DNA from: Promethearchaeota archaeon
Lineage (GTDB): Archaea > Asgardarchaeota > Lokiarchaeia > Sigyniarchaeales > SOKP01
Direction of reading: 5' to 3'
Assembly (NCBI GenBank): GCA_030603385.1
Contig: JAUVXW010000044.1
Coordinates: forward strand, 1 to 32,616
DNA length: 32,616 bases
Shown here piece by piece: positions 1 through 9,036 of this stretch. The notes under the pieces were generated by a model that saw only the letters and a program-made list of their open reading frames with translations, did not search any database and had not been told where the DNA came from. Every line of letters begins with the position of its first letter. Position 1 is the first letter of the stretch. The position numbers were made by a program, and so were the translations under genes.

Positions 1-1622
1 ATATCTTCAATTGTAATATTGATTATCTTACTCGTAGCATCATATATTACATTAACAAAGTTATATTTAGGAAGGTAAGGATTATCAAACCATGGAAAAA
101 AGAACCAATCAAGAGATTCTCCTACAACAGTTTCAAATGCATTTCGAAAATCTGTTAAATCTGCTATTTCAAAATAATTATCTTGGAAAAAATATGTAAG
201 TCCTTCAATAAATTTCTCATGACCTAATGTTAACCTTAATTTTTCGAGGATAGTGTTCGTTTTGGTGTAACCTAAGTACCAATAATTGGTGCCACTTATA
301 AAACAATCAGGAACAGACTGATTAATTTTATTTGGTAAACCATACTCTAGTGAATAATGTCTAACATCATACAATCCCCAATATGGGTTAAATATATTCC
401 AATCAGGGTGAATAACATCTTTATACCAATCTGTAAGCCAACATACTATACCTTCATCTAAAAAGCCCCAATCTACTTGGTCAATTCCAACCAGATTGTA
501 AAACCATTGGTGGGCTGTTTCATATGCAATCACTGTTTCAAGATACCACCAAGGATAATCGTGTGTATCTGCTGCTGTTGAGGCATATACTTGTAAGGGA
601 TATTCCATCCCTCCATAGTAAGTATATTCTTGAACAACATTAAAAGTAGAATAGGGGTATATCCCTAATGAGTTATAAAATAAATCAATAGAATATAGCG
701 CAACATCTAATGCAAAATTTTCCCACAGCCAAGATGAGTTACTAAGATAATAAGTGGAAACAGTAATATTTACATCAGGAATGAGGAATGTCTGTACATC
801 AAAATAACGAGATGCTGAAAAGGTCACCTCTCTTACTGGTAGATGTGGGTTGTAGTGATAAATTGTTCTTCCCCCAGTAGTCATGTTTTCTAGGGGTTCT
901 CCTGTAGCAGCAACAACCATGTTTTCAGGCACATTTATAATTAAATCATAATATGCCATGTCATAATAGAAAGGATCACCAGTTAAAAGATAAGGATCTA
1001 TATTCCATCCATCAAACTCATCATATACACATGGTAAGGGATAACAACTCGCAAATTTGAAAATACGAGAAGAATTAACGTCTGAACCATGATCACTAGC
1101 ACGATCTATACCTCCATCAGGAAGGGTTGTATTAAAAGATATTATAAAGGAAGTACGGTTCCTAGGCTCTAAATCACTAGTTAAATTTACCCACATTAAT
1201 TGACTACTATTAAGGAAATCGAATGCTAATTCTTCTTTAGGATCTTCCAATGTAGTTATGTTTAAAATTTCAATATCCCCGGGCCTTATATTATATTGCA
1301 TACCTGAAGCATAAATATGGAAAGGTATTTGAGTATAATTTACAGAATCATCATTATAATAATCTACCGTTAAATTTCCCAGTACAGTTGAAGTGTCTTC
1401 ATCTAGAAAAACCGAAAGATTATAAGATGAGAATTCATAGCCAGAGAAATTGCCTTTTGAGAATTGTTCGTAATCTGAACTTAATGGTTGAGCATTGAAA
1501 TCGGTTTCTTCATAAAAATTGACAGTTTGAATCCCATTAAGTGAGAATATGGTCCCTAATGTGATTATAGCACTTATTAATCCAATCACTAAGTAAACTA
1601 AGTTTTTTTGTTTGAATTTCAT
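1..1622 (-). CDS. Secreted/membrane-anchored M1-family (gluzincin) aminopeptidase-like protein, 3' end runs off the window
   Basis: Not in the ORF track (open-ended). ATG at 1622 with GGTGA RBS upstream. Translated by hand: MKFKQKNLVYLVIGLISAIITLGTIFSL (signal/anchor), YGGMEYP exopeptidase motif (~600-620), and AYETAHQWFYNLVGIDQVDWGFLDEG (HEXXH-X18-E register, first His replaced by Tyr). Confidence 0.85.
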   Translation of the reverse strand, partial: MKFKQKNLVYLVIGLISAIITLGTIFSLNGIQTVNFYEETDFNAQPLSSDYEQFSKGNFSGYEFSSYNLSVFLDEDTSTVLGNLTVDYYNDDSVNYTQIPFHIYASGMQYNIRPGDIEILNITTLEDPKEELAFDFLNSSQLMWVNLTSDLEPRNRTSFIISFNTTLPDGGIDRASDHGSDVNSSRIFKFASCYPLPCVYDEFDGWNIDPYLLTGDPFYYDMAYYDLIINVPENMVVAATGEPLENMTTGGRTIYHYNPHLPVREVTFSASRYFDVQTFLIPDVNITVSTYYLSNSSWLWENFALDVALYSIDLFYNSLGIYPYSTFNVVQEYTYYGGMEYPLQVYASTAADTHDYPWWYLETVIAYETAHQWFYNLVGIDQVDWGFLDEGIVCWLTDWYKDVIHPDWNIFNPYWGLYDVRHYSLEYGLPNKINQSVPDCFISGTNYWYLGYTKTNTILEKLRLTLGHEKFIEGLTYFFQDNYFEIADLTDFRNAFETVVGESLDWFFFPWFDNPYLPKYNFVNVIYDATSKIINITIED

Positions 1623-1790
1623 AAATCACCCTAGTATGGTTTCTTATATATTTTTTATGCATGGCAAATGGCAGAAATGTAATATATAATTACAATCTAT
1701 GATCTAATAGTTGAAAAAAAATTCATTTTGACTTAAAATCCCTATATCATTCTCGTGAAATTTTTTATTAAAAGATCATTACTAATTTAT

Positions 1791-1976
1791 ATGGCACAAC
1801 AAGAAGATTCAAAGAAAGAAGAATTTGCTAAGGAATTTATGGCAGAAGAAGGTTTGAAAGGTAAGGCCAGAAGAATAAAAATTATGAAAATTATTGAGAC
1901 AGTTGGTTATGATAAGGGAAAGATTAAAACTGCCTTAGCTCGTTCTACTATCACTGACAGGATTCAACATGATTAA
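1791..1976 (+). CDS. Small conserved-looking hypothetical protein (61 aa, MAQQEDSKKEEFAKEF...)
   Basis: ATG at 1791 inside ORF 1755-1976. Coding-like composition and co-oriented just upstream of serS. Confidence 0.7.
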   Translation: MAQQEDSKKEEFAKEFMAEEGLKGKARRIKIMKIIETVGYDKGKIKTALARSTITDRIQHD

Positions 1977-2013
1977 AAAATTTAATTTTCCAAAACAATA
2001 ATGGAGATTTAGA

Positions 2014-3303
2014 ATGCTTGATATAGAGTTATTTCGAACAAATCTTGAAAAAGTAATCGAATCAGAAAAGAAACGGTTTAAGGATCCTTCAAATGCAGAA
2101 AAAGTCTTAGAGTATGATATTAAGTGGCGAGAAGTCTTACAAAGATTGCAAGATTTAAGGAAACAGCGAAACGATATTTCTGCCCAAATTGGGGAATTGA
2201 GAAAAAAAGGAGAAAACCAAAAAGCCGAGGAAGCAATCAAAAAATCTAAAGAAATAAAAACAGAAATAGATGAATTAGAAAAAAAAAGAACTGATTTTTT
2301 TGACCAACGAGAAAAATATCACTATATCGTTGGAAATATTTTACATGATTCTGTTCCTATTGGTGAAACTGAAGAGGATAATGAAATTGTAAGACATGTC
2401 GGTGAAATACCAAAATTCGAGTTTAAACCACTATCTCATGTTGATTTAATCACCATAATTGATGGGGCTGATACAAAGAAAGGATCTGAAGTAGCAGGAT
2501 CAAGATTTTACTACCTTAAAGGAGATATTGTTCACTTAAATTTAGCACTATTGAAATTTGCACTAGATAAACTTACTAGCAAAAATTACATTCCAATATG
2601 GACCCCCTTTTTCACTAAACATGAAATAATGAAGGCTGCAGCAGAATTAGCGGATTTTGAAGATCAGCTTTATAAGATCGAGGGGGAAGACCTTTTCATG
2701 ATTGCTACTTCCGAACAGACTTTAGCTGCTTATCATTATGACGAAATAATCGATCCTGATAAATTACCACTTAAATATGCTGGAATTTCTTCCTGTTTTA
2801 GAAGAGAAGCAGGATCCCACGGAAAGGATACACTAGGAATATTTAGAGTGCATCGATTTGAAAAAGTAGAACAATTTATATTCTGTAAACCTGAAGATTC
2901 ATGGAAATACCATGAGGAGTTAATGGCAAATTCGGAAGAGATTTTTAAAGAATTGAAGCTTCCTTATAGAATTGTAAACATTGCTTCTGGAGAATTAAAT
3001 GACAATGCTGCTAAGAAATATGATTTAGAGGTATGGTTTCCTGCCTCAGAAACGTATCGTGAATTAGTCTCATGTAGCAATTGTTTAGATTATCAAGCAA
3101 GAAAACTGAAAATTAGAATGGGTAAGGTTGGTAGTAATCAAGTTAAGGAAATTTTACACACTCTAAACTCAACGGCAATAGCAACATCGCGCACCATTTG
3201 TTGTATTTTAGAAAATTACCAACAAGAAGACCATTCAATATCCATTCCTAAAGTGCTTCAAAAATATATGAATGGCAGAAAGATTATTAAACCAATAAAA
3301 TAG
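2014..3303 (+). CDS. serS: Seryl-tRNA synthetase (class II)
   Basis: N-terminal coiled-coil arm (MLDIELFR...), ATSEQ, motif 2 FRREAGSHGKDTLGIFRVHRFEKVEQF, KKYDLEVWFP, ELVSCSNC.DYQAR, motif 3 HTLNSTAIATSR. Confidence 0.97.
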   Translation: MLDIELFRTNLEKVIESEKKRFKDPSNAEKVLEYDIKWREVLQRLQDLRKQRNDISAQIGELRKKGENQKAEEAIKKSKEIKTEIDELEKKRTDFFDQREKYHYIVGNILHDSVPIGETEEDNEIVRHVGEIPKFEFKPLSHVDLITIIDGADTKKGSEVAGSRFYYLKGDIVHLNLALLKFALDKLTSKNYIPIWTPFFTKHEIMKAAAELADFEDQLYKIEGEDLFMIATSEQTLAAYHYDEIIDPDKLPLKYAGISSCFRREAGSHGKDTLGIFRVHRFEKVEQFIFCKPEDSWKYHEELMANSEEIFKELKLPYRIVNIASGELNDNAAKKYDLEVWFPASETYRELVSCSNCLDYQARKLKIRMGKVGSNQVKEILHTLNSTAIATSRTICCILENYQQEDHSISIPKVLQKYMNGRKIIKPIK

Positions 3304-3317
3304 ATATAATTAGAGTA

Positions 3318-4550
3318 ATGATTGAAAAAAACTTAGAGGGTTTTGAAGAATTTTATACTGAAAAAATTAATTCTCTTTTTTCAAAAATAAAAAAGGCTCT
3401 AAAGAAGTTAATTTTAGAAATAAGGAATAATTTAATCGAAATTAAAGTATGTTTAGATCATTTCTTAGAAGCTGGAAAGGAAAAAATTGATCAGAAGGCT
3501 CAAAAGTCTCTTAATTTTTTTTCAGATCGAATTAGAAAAGAAATAAATGAGATTGAAGTTCCTGAAGAGGAAATAACCTATGACAGTACATTGGATTTAC
3601 TAAATTCGATTAAGAAATTATTTACAAGCGTTAATGAAATTGCGAAAAAATCACTACCGAAATTTCAGAAAGAAGTCCAACCTCAAATTAAAGAATTAAA
3701 CTATATAACTCGCAAATTAGGCAAAAAACAAGCTGAATTAGACGATTTTTTAAGAAAGAAATATAATGAGGTAAAAGAAGCCGAATATCTATTAAAGAAA
3801 TTGCCTAAAATCTTTACACTAAAAGAAAATATTGAACACGCTAAAGCAGATTTAGATAAGTTTGAAACTGAATTAGAAGAGAGGAAAAAGAGACAAAATG
3901 AATTAAATACACAACTTATAGAACTTGAAAAAAATAATTTATTTAAGGAATTGGAAATCGAAAAAGATAAACAATTTCAGCTACAATTGAAAATAAATGA
4001 TGAAATCGGCTTTAAAAAAGCTCTAAAGAAATTTAAATTTGAACTAGAAAAAGGAACTTCTCATGTTCCTAATATAGATTTAAATTATTTGAGAGATTTT
4101 CTTAAAAATCCGATTAGGATACTCTCTTCTGAAAGAAAAGATTTACCCAAATTTACTAGTTTAATGGTCCAATTAAGACACGCACTAGAAGAAAATAGAT
4201 TAAATCTTAAAACAGATACTAAACAAAAAACAATTGAGCATATCAATGCAATCTTCGATGAAAAAATACTTCAAACATATATCGAAGAATACTTAAAGCT
4301 TAAAGAAGAAATAAAAGCAGTAGAAGGAAAAATTCAAGTAGCAGGTTTAGCTGAGAAATTAAAGGAATTGAAAAATGAAATATCAACTAATACAGTCAAA
4401 CTCGAGCATACTAATAATGATTATGACAGAAAAAATAAAGATTATACTAGATACCTAAATTCTTTAAAAAATGATAGAGAGGAATTCCAATCGCTTTTAG
4501 AGGAAATATTAGGAGAAAAAGTAAAACTAAATATTGTATTTACTTTTTAA
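3318..4550 (+). CDS. Coiled-coil hypothetical protein (410 aa)
   Basis: Long E/K/L-rich heptad ORF 14 bp after serS. Stop overlaps the convergent cofC-like stop at 4547-4550. Confidence 0.8.
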   Translation: MIEKNLEGFEEFYTEKINSLFSKIKKALKKLILEIRNNLIEIKVCLDHFLEAGKEKIDQKAQKSLNFFSDRIRKEINEIEVPEEEITYDSTLDLLNSIKKLFTSVNEIAKKSLPKFQKEVQPQIKELNYITRKLGKKQAELDDFLRKKYNEVKEAEYLLKKLPKIFTLKENIEHAKADLDKFETELEERKKRQNELNTQLIELEKNNLFKELEIEKDKQFQLQLKINDEIGFKKALKKFKFELEKGTSHVPNIDLNYLRDFLKNPIRILSSERKDLPKFTSLMVQLRHALEENRLNLKTDTKQKTIEHINAIFDEKILQTYIEEYLKLKEEIKAVEGKIQVAGLAEKLKELKNEISTNTVKLEHTNNDYDRKNKDYTRYLNSLKNDREEFQSLLEEILGEKVKLNIVFTF

Positions 4551-5281
4551 AAGTTATTTTTTTTCTTTTTAATTTCAAACACACGATTGTTATTATTCTT
4601 TTTTATTATTGTTGATTTTAAATTTTTCTTTAAAAATTTATATGTTTCGGTGTTAGTTAAGTTAAATATTTCCAAATACATATACGACAAATATAAATCT
4701 TGAGGAATATCTACATCCCAACTAGCTTTGAATGAATCGTAAATACTAATCTTTAAGTTCCGACTTTGAGCATCTTTTAATAAGGCAACAAATGAAGGAA
4801 TGTTTGTATTTGAAAAATGGGTAGGCAGAATGTCGGGGGGATTTCTTCCGAAGATAGAGATTCCTGCTGAGTGAATTGCAGGACAAACAACAAGCTGGTT
4901 TAATTTCATTAAATTACTGATTTCCATTAAATTATTTTCGGATATTAATATTACATCCAAAAAAGTAAATATAGTACTAACCGCATCATAATCTTTTATT
5001 GCAATATTGTTTAGGTCATTGATTACTAAATCAAAAGATTTACGTGGACGAGTGAGCTCTTCTTTAATTCCAATTAATCCAAACTCTTCTGCTAGGTCTA
5101 AAATCTCTTCGTTATGGCAATAAATTATCTTACAGTCGAAGCATTCAACATTCTGGACTTTTTTTACCAAGTCTTTAAACATGGCTATAGTTAAATCCTT
5201 AAGTAATTCTTTTGGAAAACAATCCCTAAGACGTGATTTTGTCCTTGATAAAGGAGCAACGGGAATCAATAAGGTACTCAT
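4547..5281 (-). CDS. cofC: 2-phospho-L-lactate/PEP guanylyltransferase-like (CofC family, F420 biosynthesis)
   Basis: ATG at 5281 gives MSTLLIPVAPLSRTKSRL (CofC N-terminal IPV...KSRL motif); C-terminal DVDIPQDL matches the CofC DxDxPxDL motif. Confidence 0.75.
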   Translation of the reverse strand: MSTLLIPVAPLSRTKSRLRDCFPKELLKDLTIAMFKDLVKKVQNVECFDCKIIYCHNEEILDLAEEFGLIGIKEELTRPRKSFDLVINDLNNIAIKDYDAVSTIFTFLDVILISENNLMEISNLMKLNQLVVCPAIHSAGISIFGRNPPDILPTHFSNTNIPSFVALLKDAQSRNLKISIYDSFKASWDVDIPQDLYLSYMYLEIFNLTNTETYKFLKKNLKSTIIKKNNNNRVFEIKKKKNNF

Positions 5282-5368
5282 AATCTTCGAATAATTAAAT
5301 ACTCTTAAAATATAAAATGAAGTTATTGAAGACAAAAATAAACTTTAATATTTAAGATTATTTAGTAC

Positions 5369-5932
5369 CTATTTTAAATTATTTAAAATTTGAACTGATA
5401 ATGATTCAAAGGCTTTATCGATGTTCTCATTTGATTTTGCTGAAGTTTCAATATATTGTACATTATAGAGATCGGATTTTTCTTCTGCATCCTCAAATAA
5501 AACCAACCTTTCATCTTTTTTATCAATCTTATTACCAATAATCATAAAGGGAATCTCTCCACTTAATTCCTTTAATTTAGAAATCCAAAAATCAATGTTA
5601 TCGAAAGATTCTCTATTTATAACATCGTATACTACAAAAGCACCAACAGCTTGGACAAAATAATATTCATTGCTAAATAATTTATCGTGCTGACCACCTA
5701 AATCCCAGAAATAAAGTTTAAATCCTTTTTGTTTAACATCTTCTTTCAATTTGGGATTTTTTATATCGAGTCTATCTACTATCATACTTAAATCTATTTC
5801 CTTAATTAAAAAATTAGCTCCGACAGTTTGTATGTATTCTTCACTAAATAAATCATCTACATATCGTGCTAAGAGACTAGTTTTTCCTACTCCCGCATCT
5901 CCACACAGAATCACTTTACCGCGATATGACAT
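5369..5932 (-). CDS. Rab-like small GTPase (Ras superfamily)
   Basis: G1 GDAGVGKT, G2 QTVG, G3 WDLGGQ, G4 NKID, G5 ETSAK. No C-terminal Cys prenylation motif. Confidence 0.93.
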   Translation of the reverse strand: MSYRGKVILCGDAGVGKTSLLARYVDDLFSEEYIQTVGANFLIKEIDLSMIVDRLDIKNPKLKEDVKQKGFKLYFWDLGGQHDKLFSNEYYFVQAVGAFVVYDVINRESFDNIDFWISKLKELSGEIPFMIIGNKIDKKDERLVLFEDAEEKSDLYNVQYIETSAKSNENIDKAFESLSVQILNNLK

Positions 5933-6051
5933 ACAATATTACCCCCTAATATTTTTTGCCTAATTTTTGATTTATATTATTTATGTTTTTAAGTAAAATA
6001 TATATTTTTTTAAAAATTTTGAATTAGATTATTTGTTTTAAATAATAATAT

Positions 6052-6888
6052 TTACCTTGTATATTGTACTTTTTTAGTTGTTAATTTAATTAATTTGCAC
6101 TGGCTTGTAATAAAATATTTGAAGAGATGCTCATAGCCTATAATTTGTTTTGGAGTACCATGCTCTAACCATAATCCTGAAGTATATTCTGGTGCTTCTT
6201 TTACCTGATCGAGGGTAGTAAGCAAGAATTGGTTATCTACAATTAATAATCCAAAGGGTAATACACTATCTCCTTCAATTGAGTGGATTACGACAGATAC
6301 TTTTAGTAGTTTTTTAATTTCTTCTTTTAAAACTTCGTTATATTTCAATGCGATAACAATCTGGATATCGGTAGAAAATTTTTTATTCCATAGTTCTCGT
6401 AAAACCCATTCGTATCCTCCTAATTCATTCATAAGTAAGTCAGGAGTAAGAATAAAAAAGATTCGTTCTTTTGCAGTATTGATAAGTTCTTTTATTTTTT
6501 TCCTGATTTTTAATCTTGAACTTATTGCCCAAACACGAGGTTCAGTTTCTTCTTGAGTAATCTCAAGTTCAGTAATCACTTTCTCTAGTACTAGTGTATC
6601 TTCAATCTTTCGCTTGTATTCATCTCGTATTGCCTTAAATATCTTTGGTATGGGAATCACTTGGTAATTAGCCCCTCTCTTAATAGGTTCTTTTTGAATG
6701 AAGCCCTTATCTATTAATCTGTTTAAAGAATCATAAACTCTTGCTCTATCTACTCCTGAATGTTTAGCAATGTCAGCAGGGCTTAATATCTTATATTTAC
6801 ATAAAGTTAGCAATACTTTTGAATCATTTTTGGTAAAATTTAATGATTGAAGTGCTTCCTCAATTTCAGATTCTTCTAGTTCAGTCAT
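6052..6888 (-). CDS. TrmB-family transcriptional regulator
   Basis: N-terminal wHTH (SPADIAKHSGVDRARVYDSLNRLIDKGFI), coiled linker, C-terminal PLD-like effector domain (ELINTAKERIFF...LLIVDN). Confidence 0.88.
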   Translation of the reverse strand: MTELEESEIEEALQSLNFTKNDSKVLLTLCKYKILSPADIAKHSGVDRARVYDSLNRLIDKGFIQKEPIKRGANYQVIPIPKIFKAIRDEYKRKIEDTLVLEKVITELEITQEETEPRVWAISSRLKIRKKIKELINTAKERIFFILTPDLLMNELGGYEWVLRELWNKKFSTDIQIVIALKYNEVLKEEIKKLLKVSVVIHSIEGDSVLPFGLLIVDNQFLLTTLDQVKEAPEYTSGLWLEHGTPKQIIGYEHLFKYFITSQCKLIKLTTKKVQYTR

Positions 6889-7318
6889 GTTTAGTATAAA
6901 TTGTCTTGAAATCTAAATTAAAAACGCAATTATTTTTTCAACTATAATGAAATAGTCAAACATCTTATATTTTAATGTTATTTTTTAGAAAAAATTTGGA
7001 TAAAAAAGATTGGATGAAAATAATTAATGTTTCAAGCGTAAACCATTTAATTTTTATCTTAAAAACGATAGAATCTAAAAAATTTAAATTGCGTTATTTT
7101 CATGTTTCAATTTAGTTAAACTTAGATTTTTTGAAACTGTGGCTGCGATAAAAATTTAACAATGGTTAATATTAGGTTAACAAATTTTCGTTAAGATTTA
7201 TTGAATTATTAATAAAAGTGAAAAATCGAAAAATTAAGAAATAAAGCGTTTATTTCCGACAAAACTAAAAAATAGTTTTTATTAGAAATTAATATCATAT
7301 TAATAAAACGATCTAATT

Positions 7319-7448
7319 TTCGAACATAACGATTCGAAAATTTTCTATGAAGAGATTATCAATTCGAATCATAACATTTATATAATAGAAATGTGTAGTT
7401 ATAATTAATTAACATCTAAATAATAATTCAATAAAAATAAAGTGGAGG
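7319..7448 (+). promoter_or_regulatory. Putative histone-gene promoter: TTCGAA palindromes, TATA box (TTTATATA 7377-7384), RBS GGAGG (7444-7448)
   Basis: Motifs read directly from the sequence. RBS lies 7 nt before ATG 7456. Confidence 0.55.
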
Positions 7449-7455
7449 AATAAAA

Positions 7456-7718
7456 ATGGCTAAAAAAGCACCTGCTAAAAAATCTGAAGGGTACATCGCC
7501 AAAAGGACTTAGGGATTCCCTAATTGTCCGGGTATGCGCCTATCCGCAGATTAATGAAGAAGGAGGGAGCGGACTTAGTTGCCGCAGAAGCTCTTGACAA
7601 ATTAATTAATTTCTTAGAGAGTTCAGCAGCTACTGCCACTAAGGACGCGATCAAAGTTTGCAAAGAAGATAAGCGTAAGAGAGTAACTGCCGCGGATATT
7701 CGCGCTGCAACTCGATAA
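7456..7718 (+). CDS. Archaeal histone with Lys-rich N-terminal tail; join(7456..7503,7536..7718), 76 aa after removal of a putative 32-nt intron
   Basis: Exon 1 is MAKKAPAKKSEGYIAK behind a strong RBS. Exon 2 is APIRRLMKKEGADLVAAEALDKL...KRKRVTAADIRAATR, a histone fold (APIxR alpha1, GA-x-V loop 1, R-x-x-V-x-x-x-D loop 2). The joined IAKAPIRRL aligns with HMf-type LPIAPIGRI. Confidence 0.88.
7504..7535 (+). other. Putative bulge-helix-bulge/loop (BHB/BHL) mRNA intron, 32 nt
   Basis: AGGACTTAGGGATTCCCTAATTGTCCGGGTAT. Inner stems GGAC/GTCC and TTAGGG/CCCTAA, central helix GCCA/GGGU (3 of 4 pairs), bulges AA^A and AU^G. Contains an in-frame TAG and shifts the frame. Confidence 0.75.
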
Positions 7719-7749
7719 AATACTTCAGTATTTAAATATTTAAGATTAA

Positions 7750-7765
7750 TTTTTTTTCTTTTTTT
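7750..7765 (+). terminator. Oligo-T archaeal terminator downstream of the histone gene
   Basis: T-rich tract ~30 nt after the stop, between convergent genes. Confidence 0.5.
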
Positions 7766-7776
7766 ATTGATAGGTT

Positions 7777-8301
7777 TTAGAAATTTTCAAAGAATTCTCT
7801 ATTCAAGTATTTATTAATATTCTCCTCGATTTTCTTTTTTACTGCCTCTAAACCTTCAGGTAATACACGAGTTTTTCCAACTATATCAATAAATCCAAGT
7901 TCAGACCCATATCTCGGAATCAAATGAAAATGTAGGTGTTCAATGGTACCACCTGCATTTCTTCCTTGGTTAATACCAATATTATAACCTTTGGGATTAT
8001 ACAGATCATTCAGTAGTAGTTGAATTCCTTGTATTGCTCGGGTTATATGCAGTAATTCCTCTTTGGTTAAATCAAGGAATTTTGTTATGTGTCTCTGAGT
8101 TACAATCATTAAATGTGCAGGATTGTATGGATACAAATTCAAAACAATAAAGCATAAATCATCTTCATATACCTTTAAAGACACAACACGCTCATCATTG
8201 TCCCTTACAGCACATAGGATACAATCTACATTTGGTCTTGCTTTCCCTTGAACATAATCTAGCTTTCCTAAAGCTTGTAACCAATCTTTAAAAACGGACA
8301 T
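7777..8301 (-). CDS. HIT-family nucleotide hydrolase (Ap4A phosphorylase/hydrolase-like)
   Basis: CILC, LNLYPYNPAHLMI, GYNIGINQGRNAGGTIEHLHFHLIPR (HxHxH triad). Confidence 0.92.
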   Translation of the reverse strand: MSVFKDWLQALGKLDYVQGKARPNVDCILCAVRDNDERVVSLKVYEDDLCFIVLNLYPYNPAHLMIVTQRHITKFLDLTKEELLHITRAIQGIQLLLNDLYNPKGYNIGINQGRNAGGTIEHLHFHLIPRYGSELGFIDIVGKTRVLPEGLEAVKKKIEENINKYLNREFFENF

Positions 8302-8324
8302 ACACCATAATTTTTATTTTTAAA

Positions 8325-8873
8325 TTATGAATAGAGTGAAAAATCAGAACCACTTGCAAAATCCTTAGGTTTCATAAAATCCTCTGGTTTTATTTTACCA
8401 AAACAGTATTCACCTAATATTATATTACTATAAGCTGAACCGTCAAAAACTCGTCTAATTGACTTGAAAAACTTATTTTTGGAGACTGTACCATTATCTT
8501 TAAGAAATATTTGGTCACTAATCTCATATCTATAGTTCTGTATATCAATTCGATAGAATAAATCTCTGATAAGAAAAAATTTTCTAAGATCCCAGAAGAA
8601 TTGCATTTTTCTATCTTCTTTTAATGAATTTAAAGCATCAACATGAGGTTTTGAAATTTGAGTTCCAAGTGAAATTATAATTAAATTTTTATCTTTAGGT
8701 TTAATAACAACCATATTTCTACCAATTGGGCGTTTCATTGGATCCCTTCCAGGAGGAAAAATGAACTGGAATCCAAAATCAAGTTTCGGGTTAGATATTT
8801 TTTCTCTGAGTAAGCCCTCGTCTAGTAGATATTCTTGAATTAGGCTCTTTATTTTGCTTTCTTTATTAGACAT
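8325..8873 (-). CDS. Hypothetical protein, DUF2299-like
   Basis: IQEYLLDEG N-terminus and overall pattern resemble archaeal DUF2299 proteins (recognition by eye). Confidence 0.6.
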   Translation of the reverse strand: MSNKESKIKSLIQEYLLDEGLLREKISNPKLDFGFQFIFPPGRDPMKRPIGRNMVVIKPKDKNLIIISLGTQISKPHVDALNSLKEDRKMQFFWDLRKFFLIRDLFYRIDIQNYRYEISDQIFLKDNGTVSKNKFFKSIRRVFDGSAYSNIILGEYCFGKIKPEDFMKPKDFASGSDFSLYS

Positions 8874-9036
8874 TTTTATTCTGTAAGGTAAAGAATGAAA
8901 TAACTAATATAATTTTTTATGATGATCAACTCATTACCCTTTATTATGATATATCAAAGCTAATGTGGGGAATTAGTGACATAATTGAAGAAATGAACGA
9001 TTTTGTCGAATTAGAAAAAAATTTTGCTCAATTTCT

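Noticed and set aside
7510-7512. TAG plus hairpin as a pyrrolysine/readthrough signal
   Set aside because: Readthrough stays in the wrong frame (GFPNCPGMRLSAD*) and gives no histone.
7509-7523. TTAGGG/CCCTAA resembling a telomere repeat
   Set aside because: Single inverted copy forming the intron stem; coincidental.
7489-7535. Ribosomal hop between GGG-TAC (7489) and GGG-TAT (7530), 41 nt, also frame-restoring
   Set aside because: Take-off is not adjacent to the stop as in T4 gene 60, and the product loses the IAK of the alpha1 motif. Less parsimonious than BHB splicing, though not formally excluded.
7524-7718. ORF-track histone starting at TTG 7524 (MSGYAPIRR)
   Set aside because: The start is buried in the hairpin with no clear RBS and lacks the hydrophobic residue before alpha1. 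The RBS-linked ATG 7456 plus intron removal fits better.
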